DNA from: Lytechinus pictus
Taxonomy: Eukaryota
DNA length: 64,000 nt
NCBI RefSeq assembly: GCF_037042905.1
Contig: NC_087250.1
Coordinates: forward strand, 25,236,001 to 25,300,000
Reading direction: 5' to 3'
Positions 38,387-50,328 of this stretch are shown here, in pieces. The notes beneath the pieces are model-generated. The model had not been told where the DNA came from and searched no databases. It saw only the letters and a list, made by a program, of their open reading frames with translations. The position numbers and the translations under genes are program-made. Positions within the stretch are counted from its first letter, which is position 1, and every line of letters begins with the position of its first letter.

Positions 38387-41300
38387 GGTGCAGTTAGACA
38401 CTACACACAATGGGGCTTCTGGCATATGAGCGCCGAATGTACCAATATTATATAGAACAATTATTTGTTATATAATCATTATTTATTAAATAATAACTAT
38501 TATTTATATATAATTTACATTTTATTTGTAAATAACTACTATTATATAAAATATAATTTCTAATTATTTATATATAATTCCAAGTAATACTTCATTATTT
38601 GTAAATAATAATAGTTCGACATTCCATTTATAAATAATGATTATTTGTTTTTCATTATTTATAAATAATTATTATTTGTTTTTCATTATTTACAAATAAT
38701 GATTATTTGTTTTTCATTATTTATGAATAATAATTATTTGTTTTTATATCATTTATAAATAATGACACTACATACTTCATTATTTATAAATAATTGCAAT
38801 TCGTTTTTCCGTTATTTATAAATAAGTTTTCTATTATTTATAAATAATAATTATTAATTGATGAATCTATAAGTTATATGATTTAGATTTCCAATATTGG
38901 CAACCAACCATCTATTGCAAACTTAATAAAAACTTAAAATAAAAAAAAGTTTTGCAAAATTGTGAGTACAAAAGCCAAACATATTAAGCAATAATATGCC
39001 TATTGTAAAACTGACAAATACTTGGAATAAGATATTACAATTATTGTCGGCTGTTGAGTGATCCTAATTTTAACCTCAAGTGATACCTGTCAGGGAGGGG
39101 TCCAGTCGAGCCCCCTGTACTTGTAAACTTTTATTTTGATTGTGAATTTTCTTGGGTGCGTATGTCACTTTAATTACACCCCATCCCCTAAAAAGCGAAT
39201 AAAATAAACCGATTCTAAATCAAAGAGAAGGGTATTAAAAGCAAAACTTTTTTAACAATAAAAAGACATTCTAGATATTTTCTAAATCACTTCAATTTCG
39301 GTGCGATATAGGCCTGCAGATTTAGGGAATTTATCATGTTCCTATGAGAAAAAAAATTAACAAGAGCACTGAAAACCCAATATAGTTTTACCATTGATGG
39401 TGTAACGGGAGGCTCACCATGATGTAAAAATCAGTAAAATTAATAAGATGCCCTTTAAATACTCTATACTTGCTAATAAAATAGTAATCAAAGATCAAAA
39501 CACTTAAACAAATTATTGTATACCCAGTTGTTGTGTGTCCGGACAGGTTATGTGTCCGGACGATCAATTTTAGAAAGTCACTTTTTGTTTGAAAAAATTA
39601 CAAGCGAAGTTTCATCAATTTTTGTACAAAATGTTAGGAAAGATTATAAAGAACAAAACAGAAGATGATTACAACTATTGAATTTATATTTTTTGTGTAA
39701 TCCAAAGACAAAAAAGAAGGCTTCAAAAATATAAAGTGTCCGGACACCCGACCCCCCATCCTACATTAAAAAAACTAGTATATACTTCATACAAATTAAT
39801 GCAAGTTTCATGCAGTTGGTCATTTATGCTCAATTTTATAGGCCTACTGGGTTTTTTTACGAGATAAGAATGTTCATCTGTAAAATTGTAGGGCCTATCC
39901 GATATTTTTGTATTATGTTTGAATGAAAAAAAATTAATTGAAGTGAAGTGAAACGAATAGAGTTGAAATGAATTAAAATTACAAAATTATATCCATCATA
40001 AACAAATTGGTCATGAGAACACGGAATCATGTGGACGAAGGAATGTGCCAAGAGAAGATGGGCTAATCCACTGTCTTTTGAAATGATTGTCAAAATTTAC
40101 TTTTAATGTTGTATGTTTTTTTTTCTACTTATTTATGTCATATTATCAATATTGTTATCTATTATTATCTATAGGCCTAATAGGCATGTGGCAGGTAATC
40201 GTAAATGCACTGTATAGAGAATTTCATCCCGAGAATCCAGATAAAAAGACAAATTAATAGCAGAATCCCCATGTAATCACACTAATAGTTTATTGAGATG
40301 CAATTTGTCATTCATATTTTCAATTGTAATGAGGTTGGATTCCTTTCTTCAAGATAAAAGCCGGAGACAGCATCCCTTTTCTCAGCGTTACAACGTACGA
40401 GCTATGTGTACATCCGGGTACTTTTGCGAATCTAGACCTATCGAGCAATGGCCGATCGCCATGCTCCGCGCAATCACAGACGTTAAGTACGCGCGCCTAT
40501 GGCGACTCCGCGCTCTAGCGTAATTAGTATACATCTCTATGGGATAACCACGGCAACAGGCGTCAATTTGGCGCACTGTGACAAAAGCGCGCATCAGCAT
40601 TGGACATTTTTTTAATATACGCGGTAATATAAGCGTAATTTATACAGGAAATCTATATAAACCATGGACTCAACCGTGGGTTTTCAAAACCACCTTTGTG
40701 AATTCGGGCCGATATGTTTATAGAAGGCGCAAATATTTCGTGGCGGATATGGCTGTAGACACATAAGTAAATCAATAAAGTAATACAATACAAAGAAATG
40801 GAGAATGGCAAGAAAAGGGGGCTGGGAGATTAATCTCAAATCTTTACACGTATCTGAAATAAATTATTTGAATATGAGGTTTAATCACTTGATGCTGAGA
40901 AAGAATAGGGTCTACTATTAAAGTGATAATGCAAACAAGTGCTGTAAGCATGAATGCCAACGGGGGTGTATCACCCGGGAGTATCACGTCACAAGAAGGA
41001 AGTGAAACGCTGTCAAGCTAGGTCCAGAGCAATGTAACTTATGGCAGCCATAGATGGGGGGGGGGGGGTATTACTGGGCTAGCAATGAGCAGTAACGACA
41101 ATAATATTTATTATCAGATCACCCCAACGGGTATTGGAGAACACAACAACATTTGAAACATATTTACATTTGAATTTTAAACATATTTACAAAAAATATA
41201 TATGAACAAAAAATACAAACAAGAAACCCACATATTTCACTGAAATATTATAATAGCATATTATAATAAGATATAAATACATTATTTCTTGAATTACTAA

Positions 41301-41479
41301 ATTTTAGAATTAACAGAAAAAAAGTAAAACATGATGCGAACAAAGGCACCAGCAGCAAACTAAATACAAAAATTAAACAGTTTAACAAATAATACATATG
41401 TGATATCTATATCTATGTAGTAATCAAGATAAATTATTAAAAGACAAATATAACTAAATAAATGAATACTTCTATTCTT

Positions 41480-42524
41480 TGATTACTCTATCAGAAGCAA
41501 AGCATAATTATTTTACTAAATTTAGCCAGATTTAGAAGTGTGTTTAATTTAGCTGTGTTGAATAATTTTTCCATTTTGTAAGTGTTAGGCCTCTTTTGTG
41601 AAGTAATTGTCTAAATATAATTTTCTCTCTGCTGAAAAAGGTGGACAAACAAACAAATGGTATCCATCGCCTATAAGTTGTGATTGACACAGATTGCAAA
41701 TTCTATTATTTCTTTCAACGTTTTCATACCTCCTGTAACTATTGGTAGACGATGGTTTTCACAGCGGAATTTTGAAAAGCATATACGATATTTTTTTGGA
41801 AAAACAATCATGTATTTTTTTAATTCAAGAGACTTTTTATAGATCCGATAATTAATACATTGAGGATTATCATACATTTCCGAGTACCAATTTTGAAAGA
41901 GGCATGCAATCTTTTAAACGTTGATCAAGTACGATTGATCCAAGTACTGTTTGTGGTTTCACATGTATACCATAAATCAGACATTCCTAGCATATCGATA
42001 GTAGTTTTAATTTTTTTAAGCCATGAAGATTTATATACGTTCTCATTATACAAAACCTTCAAAATTATATCATTCCCGATAATTTGTTTTCCCCAGCATG
42101 TTCTAAACTACACCAGAAATTAATCATTCTATTAGAGATATATTTTTCAAGACCATATCTACCTAGTTCGCCTAATACCATACAATTAGCTGTTGATTTT
42201 TTCAACTTTAAAATTTGCTTACTAAACTTCATGTGAAATATATCAAGATCTCGTATTAATTCGAATCCCCAGATTTCACTGCTACACAGAAGAACTGGAA
42301 TAACAAGTTGGTCAAATAATTCTAACATTATATCGATAGGCAAGTCCAATGAATATGACTTTAACAAACTATACATAGCTCTTCTGGCTTGGTTCAATTG
42401 TTTCGTCTGCGCTTTTTAAAATCTGTTATTGTAATTGAAGGTTGTTCCTAAATATACATACTCATCAACTTCTGATAGTTCACGATTGTTGAAATGAAAG
42501 GACGGTAATTTCCGCACTTTACCC
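41480..42524 (-). mobile_element. Decayed non-LTR retrotransposon (RTE/CR1-superfamily ORF2), 3' part
   Basis: GKVRKLPSFHFNNRELSEVDEYVYLGTTF...QARRAMYSLL...LFDQLVIPVLLCSSEIWG...GELGRY; stops and frameshifts downstream. Confidence 0.8.
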
Positions 42525-42853
42525 CACGCCATTGTGGATTGCTGCCCTCTGTCGGGCAGAGTTGTTTATGTCACACATGCGATCGTTGTCATCGGCCCTT
42601 ATCCGGCCAGCTCTGTGTAGAGGTACAATGTCATTAAAATATAGACCATAAGATTATTGTGATTGACGTCTAATCATTTAATGGTGTGGTGACAGCTGGG
42701 ATCTACCCTGTCATTGCCTGTTTATGATGGCATTTGCTCAAACTAGCAGTCAGTCGGTCGGCCAAAACTAGTCGTGATAGGTAATCTTTCCTAATTTGTC
42801 GGTCTTGGCTCGTACCTCTCGCAGTAGCTGTAGTCCCATGTATAGCCTAAGCT

Positions 42854-45800
42854 ATGGCTTTACCCCCACAGAGGTTGCACCCTCAACCTCGCCCCCAGTG
42901 CCAGGCCCCAACCCGCGGCCGCCCTCACGTAGATTTCTTTAATCACTATAACTTACACATTAATATAAATCAAAAGAATGAAAGAGTGACTGAGAATGCG
43001 AATGAATGTAACAGTCTTGATTATGATTATGATGAGTTTGATGATTATGCTGAGAAGTTAAATGATGGTGATTGTAGAGAAAATATCTCAGAGTCAGAGT
43101 TTGAGTTAGTTGAGTTTGACAATCACAATGAGTCTGAGTTTGATGATGAGCCCATATGGGACAATCCAATCCATAACAATCATCCTCCCTCAGTTAAGGT
43201 TTTACATACTAGTATCAATTACAGTAGGCCAAATGTTAGTCTAGGTCCTATTGATCTAGATAGTTGCCCTTTATGTTTAGCAGCTAAGCGCCCAAGTCAC
43301 CACCACATCAGTGACTGTGAATACCCAGAAGGAAAAACCAGTAAGACCAGTATTTTTTTTTACTGGTTTCCAGTAGATTTTTACTGGTTTCTAGTATATT
43401 TTTACTGGGCCAGTTGATTTTTAACTGGACCAGTAAAACTCAACTGGAGACCAGTTCCAACAACTGCATTCCAGTTGAAGCAATTAGTAATAGCAGTTAA
43501 ATTGTTTTTCATCAAACTGATGCTACTGGTCCAATAAATGGTTTCCAGTAGATTTTTACTGGTTTCCAGTATATGTTTACTGGACCAGTTGATTTTTAAC
43601 TGGACCAGTAAAAATCAACTGGAGACCAGTTCAAACAAAGTAGTAATACCAGTTAAATTGTTTTTCATCAAACTGGTGTTGTACTGGTCCAATAAATAAT
43701 GACTTTATTTCAAGTCAGATCATATGACGAATTATGGAAAATGAATCTTGCAATTCAGAGAAAGTTATTACCGTTATCATTTATCATTGTTATCATCATT
43801 CTTTTTATAATTAATATAATTATTATGATTATTATGATCATTGTTGTTATCATTCTTATTACTGTTATCATTGTTATTGATTTTGTAATTATTATTATTA
43901 ATATTATCATAATTATCAAGTATGAACATTATCATTAAAATAATTATATCCTTTTTTAAATGATTAAGATAAATCAAGATATATTCCTCTGATAGAGTCA
44001 ACTGGTCTAAAGTAATTCATTGTTTGAAATTGAACTGGTCAAGACCAGTAATACCAGTAATTCTGATGATGCTGATCACGTGGTTTACCTCATTTGCATA
44101 TTTCCTGTTTTTTAAAGAAAAATCAGGATTTAGAATGGAATATCCTTGCAATGGCACTCATTGTTGTTTAAAAACTTTCTAAATAAGTGTGTGAACTAAT
44201 TCACAATGAAAATGTGTAATTTCATACATCACATTTAAAATAACAGCAGAAAGATTAATTTACTAACCATTTTTTCCATCACATTTCACTGACCATGGTA
44301 TATAACAAACCAAATGCATGTAATAAATTGATCCAGTAAGACCAGTACGAGGACCAGTTCGACCAGTTCGAGGACCAGACCAGTAAAAAAATACCAGTAA
44401 AGACCAGCTGAAATTGGAAACCAGTACGAAGACCAGTGAGACCAGTAACAGCCACCAGAAACAAGACCAGTATAAAATTCCAGTAGTTCAAGACCAGTTA
44501 ATTTTTAACTGGACCAGTAAAATTTTAACTGGACCAGTATGACCAGTTAGACCAGTAAACCGATGTTCCAATTTCCAGAGTTACCAGTTAAAATTATACT
44601 GGTCTAACTGGTCCAGTGGAACTGGTTTTTCCTTCTGGGTACCTCCCTCAACATGAGAATAATATCATTGCGCAAGCTCGCCAAGCAGCAAGTACACTAG
44701 GATACACTAGAAAACTCACAGTGAATGATTGTTACGAAAAGTATAATCGTGAGTCTGACAAGAATTTGTCAGATTGTGACAGTGATTTAGATTATGATAG
44801 TGGTTTTGACAATTTGTCAAGTATTGATTGTGACAAAGTTCCTGGTAGTGCTCTAACCGCGGATCCAGATATTTCTGGAATCAGTCGTCAGTCACATGTT
44901 CGTTGGGACAGTCCTCTTGGTTGCCTTGTTGACTCGTCGAAGTCAGACGAGTCGCCTATAGTTCTTCAAGTTGCTCTCAGCAGTACTAATGACAATGACG
45001 ATTCATCGAAGTTCGATGGATTACATCAAGGATACCATTCTCTGCCACATTGTCCAGTGGCTGACTCATCTGTGGTGCCTAGGCAGGTCAAGATACTTCC
45101 ATTTATTGACCTGTATCATGGTCAGCAGTGTGTCCGGGTCACCTTAGTCAGTGGGTCATCACAGAATTTCATAGGTTACTCAACTGCTTTGAGTCTTGGT
45201 GCTGATATCTTTGACACATCCTCAGGTACGTGTTATGTCGATAGTTCAAGCCTGCCTTATGTAATTGTTGGAGAGACGCAGCTCGTACTTACAAGGGATG
45301 ATAATAAATTCGTCTTTGAAGGCCTAGTCGTCGAGACTGATACTGAGTTAGCCCGAGCTGGTATCCCTTTCTTAGAAGTGAATGATGTCTCTGTCCGTCC
45401 TTCTCGGCGTTCGGTCACGATTGCTAATGGGTCCTCTTACACCTATGGCCCAGCGCCGGCCCCTGCGCGTCTCGATAGAGCGCATTCGGTTGTCGTCTCG
45501 TCAGTCGTCCCTCCCATTGGCGAACATAGCATTACATCTCAGGTACCTCACACTGATCTTCTGGCCAATGTGGAGACAAATTCCTCCAGCTGCAACGTCA
45601 ATGAAGAGGCTCACGTTCACGTCAAGCCAATAATTACCAGAAACCAAGTCGCTGTGGATGCCCGTCAGGATGCAGTTTGTCCTAAGATACCCCGATCGTA
45701 CAACCTTGGTGGTACCTCCACTGCTCTTGAAGTCCATCCTGATAGCGAAATCACCAAAGTCCAACCGGAACCTCAATCCGGTGGTCTGTCCTCCCAAGTA

Positions 45801-46169
45801 CCATCAGATACCGACCAGTGCCGCCTTGGTGATTCTCTGGCAGATGCGTCCCCTACTCACAAGCCCGGGGATTGCTCCTTAGTCACCAACTTCAATGGCG
45901 AACCAAACCTTCGCTGTGCCTTGAAGGTTGAGTACCCTCCAGGACGCCCCCCTGATAGGACTCCTACTACTACCCTTGGACTGTTGGCCTCAATCCCTGC
46001 CCATGTGCACTCCAGGATGGTCTCTATTACGTCCATGATGTCTGACGTAAGAAGGTTTGCCCTGCCCCTTCCATTGATCGCTCGTAATCGGCCAGGTCTC
46101 CCTTTCAGCTTGAGATTGGGACCCCTTCATGGACGCCCCCCGGACTACATCTATAATCGCTACCCATGA
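42854..46169 (+). pseudogene. LTR-element ORF (665 aa when the 43324-44641 insertion is removed): CCHC knuckle + degenerate aspartic protease
   Basis: CPLCLAAKRPSHHHISDCEY|LPQHE joins in frame across the insertion; VTLVSGSSQNFI resembles a retropepsin D-S/T-G site with D->V; AGIPFL downstream. Confidence 0.75.
43324..44639. mobile_element. Non-autonomous EnSpm/CACTA-type DNA transposon with TA TSD
   Basis: TIR CCCAGAAGGAAAAACCAGT/ACTGGTTTTTCCTTCTGGG; TA on both sides; dense ACCAGT/ACTGGT subterminal repeats. Confidence 0.85.
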
Positions 46170-48289
46170 TTGATTATCTGGACATTTGGACCATGCTATT
46201 CCCATGTACCATAATGGATGAACTATGGACTCTTAGCCTTTACCCAGGATTTGGTTGCTTTTGTTTTTCCAACTAATGGACTGCTTAATTGGTTTCCATT
46301 AATTTTGATGTCATTATGGATATTTTTGTTCTTGGTTGTAATTTGATTTTATTGATATTAATGTATAATTGATGGCCTTATGTATTTTTTATGTTTGTAT
46401 GGACTTTTCGTTTTGGGTTTAGAATAACCCTGGTAATTAAAAGTCGCTATATGAATATGGTTTTCATATGCATATATATTTAGTATTTAGTGGTGTGATT
46501 TATTACAGAAACTGATTTGATGGCTGCTTGTAATTATGTGACATGTGTATGATCTCGTTTTAATTTGTTGTATTAATGTAGTGAGATTTTTAACAGATGC
46601 TTACCATGCATGGGTATGAGTTTGTTTTAATGCATGCCTGTTTTTCCTTTGTTTTTGCTGAAATTATTTTGGGTGTGTGAAATTGTTTCATTCATTTGAA
46701 CTTTATATATCATGACAATGGCATTGTTGTATGATACATGTATTTTGCATTGATAAGCTTTGATTGGTGTTCCCCCTCCCAGTTTATTGCCCTTAATTGT
46801 TTGTGACTATTTTTGGTATGATCAGGATTGCTATCTTTCACAGCTATATGAAGCTAGCTATTTCAGTATTGTTTATTGTGAATTGCTTGCATATCTCCCT
46901 TTCGACTGATGGTTTTATTGAGAGTGGTCATTTTGTATATTACTTTATCAGTTAATACCTTTATCTTTGTCATTTATCGGCTGTACAAGTTTTGGGTGGA
47001 CAGTTGTTTTATTATTTATGTGTATTTTCTTTCATGTTACAGATAGGGAGTTATGTACAAATATGTGTATGTTTTGGTGATTTGTACTCGTTCATCATTT
47101 TTATATGTCAAAAGTGGCAGTTTATGTATGATTTATGGATGATTTTATTTTCCTTGTATATATGTTATAGCATTTGGTGAGTCTTGGACTCATTACTGTA
47201 ATCATATTTGGAGATTGAGGGGTATCAGTTTACATGCCCCTTGCACAGTTTTTATTCCAAGGATTTGTATGAAGGAAAGGGTTATTCATTTCATTTTAGT
47301 TTATGGTGATTAAGACACTTATATTTTATCTTTCGCTTCTTACAAACAACTTAGGCTGATTTATATGGTTCATGTTTTGCATAGGTGGAAATTGATTTTT
47401 TATAGTTGCTGTATTTACATAGCTGGTTCATTGTTTAAAAAAGTTGGCTTTTATTCAGTTCCCTATTATGCAAAAAAGGAAGGAAAAAGATTGCCATGGT
47501 AAGCTGTTATTTGTTTATAACATGTTGTGTATTTTGATGGGATAATAGGTGGAGAAAGTTATTGTGGTATTATTCCAATTGAGTTGTATGTATTTTATGT
47601 TGGTGAACTGGTAGGTACACTGTAGTTGATGATATTGATACAGGTAATTTGAATTAGTGATAAGACAATAATTACTCATAGTGATACAGGTAATTTGAAT
47701 TAGTGAGAAGACAATGATTATTCAAAGTGATATTGATACTTTGAATTATTAATAAGACAATCATTATTTACGTATTAAGTGAACTGGTATGTAGGCCTAC
47801 ACTATAGTTGGTAATAGCGATACAGGCTTTCTGAATGATAGATGAGAATGATTATTAGCAGAGTTAAAAATGTTACTGTTGAGCATTCTCCCATTTAATT
47901 TTAGTGGAATTTATGTGAAGGCCAGTTTGCATCACTGTTACTGTTATTGTTTAAACTTTATATCTCAATAGCTGAGTTGTGTTTTCATGGCTTAAAAGTG
48001 ATCATATGGTTTAAACGTGATTTTATAGTTAACAAGCTATTCGGATGTCAGATGAGTAATTGCAGTAATTTAGAAAGTTAATAGAAGGGAGAGTTAAAGA
48101 AGTTAGTAGAGGGAAAGAAAAAGTGGTCACGCCATTGTGGATTGCTGCCCTCTGTCGGGCAGAGTTGTTTATGTCACACATGCGATCGTTGTCATCGGCC
48201 CTTATCCGGCCAGCTCTGTGTAGAGGTACAATGTCATTAAAATATAGACCATAAGATTATTGTGATTGACGTCTAATCATTTAATGGTG

Positions 48290-48520
48290 CCAAGAGAAAA
48301 CAACAACCTTTGTCTTATCTGAATTGACATGTAAAGACCAAATATTACAATATTCATATAACGCATTTAAGGCAGTTTGTAAATCATCAGGAGATTCAGC
48401 TAAAATCAAAGTATCATCGACATAAAACAATGTGAACAACTTAATGTACACTTGTATCTCATTTTGTCGAGCATGTGTATTAATTTTTTTTACGCATTCT
48501 GGAAGCCCCCCAGTCATGGC
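48290..48520 (-). mobile_element. Same LINE, 5' part with the RT catalytic motif
   Basis: LFYVDDTLILAESPDDLQTALNALYEYCNIWSLHVNSDKTKVVVFS continues into GKVRK at ~42524 once the LTR element is removed. Confidence 0.85.
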
Positions 48521-49770
48521 CGCCATAAGACGAATTCGTATATAACGTCACCTCAAGTTATGAACTACTCAAATCATCCAATCAACATCGCGCATTTGGG
48601 ACTTGCGATTGATTTTGTAACTTGCGTTTAAACGCAACTCTTTCTGCAACGGACCCCAGGTCAGGTTCTTGATCCATAATACATCATTTTATATACATCA
48701 TTCTCCTAAGCCAGAATGACAGTGCACATGGAACAAATCTGTTTTCCTTGGACACTATATCTCTAAATAGTGGAGGGATCAGCTAAGAGAGAGTAGTATT
48801 TGGTATTGTAATATAAGCCCACTTGTTAATGATACCAAAGTAATTTTATTTAGTACATTTATACCGCAATATTTTAATACCTGACAAAAAAAAGGTGGGA
48901 TTGACAAATCATACACCAGTCCAAAACATATAATTCTATATAAATCTGTGATTGTATAAGTTTTTCCATTTTATTCGCTTACCAGCTGATTATTTTGCTT
49001 AAAACACCTCAAACTATATTGGGCTTCGAAAATATACTTTCTTGTATCTTTGTACTGTGTGTCGAAACCTTGACGTCATCTTGTGCCAGACGCGTTTTCA
49101 TTACCTAGGTTTGTACACCGAAAAACTGGATGGTTTTCAGATTAATAACAAAATATGATATTTTATCGGTCTCGTAACATTGCTCGCAATTGGCGGGAAG
49201 GAAATGGAATCTCCTTGAAGGACCAAGATAAAATGCACCGAAATACTTTCCGGAAATCTTCATTTCTGACGGCGAAGACAAGTGGGTTCATTGCAGAGTT
49301 GCTCCAAAGCATACTCAAGCCGACGATTAAAGCATGTGGGTTAGAACTGTATAGAATGATGATGACAGGGGAAGGTAGAAAAGTTAACAAAAACACCGTC
49401 GTCATCAGAGCAACATTCTTTGTGACCTTGACTTCACGAGCCCGAAATATGTTATCAGCCATCTGACCCGCCATCCGATTGGGATGTTCTTGTCCTGCAG
49501 ACGGTTCTATCTGCTGGTCCCGAGCTTCGCCTTCAATGCCAATCGGGGGCTGATTCCGAGGTGCTTCCGGGGCCATATTGAGAACAGCAGCTATTTGTCC
49601 TGTATTAACTCTAACATACAAAATAATTTTGCCGTAGGATATGAATATAATTGAGAGTGAAAGAACTAAATATGCTCCGTCACATACACAAAGCGCAACT
49701 AACGGACTTATTTCATCGGCGGTGAATACGAAGAGTTTGGCATGAGAGTCATAACCAACCAGTAACCCTA

Positions 49771-50270
49771 TCATGGGGGGGGGGGGGCAACCGCCCCACC
49801 AATGAAAATATTGGGGAGGGCAAACATATCGTTTTGCCCCCCCCCCCCAATAATTCCGCATGTGCAAAAAATAAAATAAGATTGTAATGTTACACAGCAA
49901 TCAGCAAGCGAGATTGAGATACACAACTCGTTCTTCATCTAAAATCGTGCTCAAAATGTCCGGTTTTCAGATTAGAATATTAATAACAAAATTTCAGCTC
50001 GCGCTTCGCGCTCGCATCATTTCTGTAGCAAAAACCCATACTTTTCATGATTGAATAGGTGAATAGAATGTCCCGTTTTCAGTTCTATAACTCAAAAGAA
50101 CTCCCACTTCGATTTGCAATAATCTTTTGTTGGATATATTTCTTGTTCTTTATTAAAAACGTCAATTAAACTCTTTTTTTTTAAGATCAAAATATCAAAA
50201 TTTTCAGCTCGCGCTTCGCGCTCACATCTATTATTTTTTAATTTTTTTAAAATTTAATTTGTTGGTGAGA

Positions 50271-50328
<58 letters not shown>

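Larger units (their letters stand above)
42525..48289 (+). mobile_element. Non-autonomous Gypsy-like LTR retrotransposon with identical 162-bp LTRs (42525-42686, 48128-48289)
   Basis: Direct repeats identical by eye; PBS-like TGGTGACAGCTGGGAT after the 5' LTR; purine tract GAGGGAAAGAAAAAG before the 3' LTR; zinc-knuckle/protease-like ORF; no RT/IN ORF seen. Confidence 0.88.

Noticed and set aside
40293..40766. CpG-rich short ORFs as the missing lectin exon or a new gene
   Set aside because: No CTLD motifs or convincing splice pair; function cannot be supported from the sequence.
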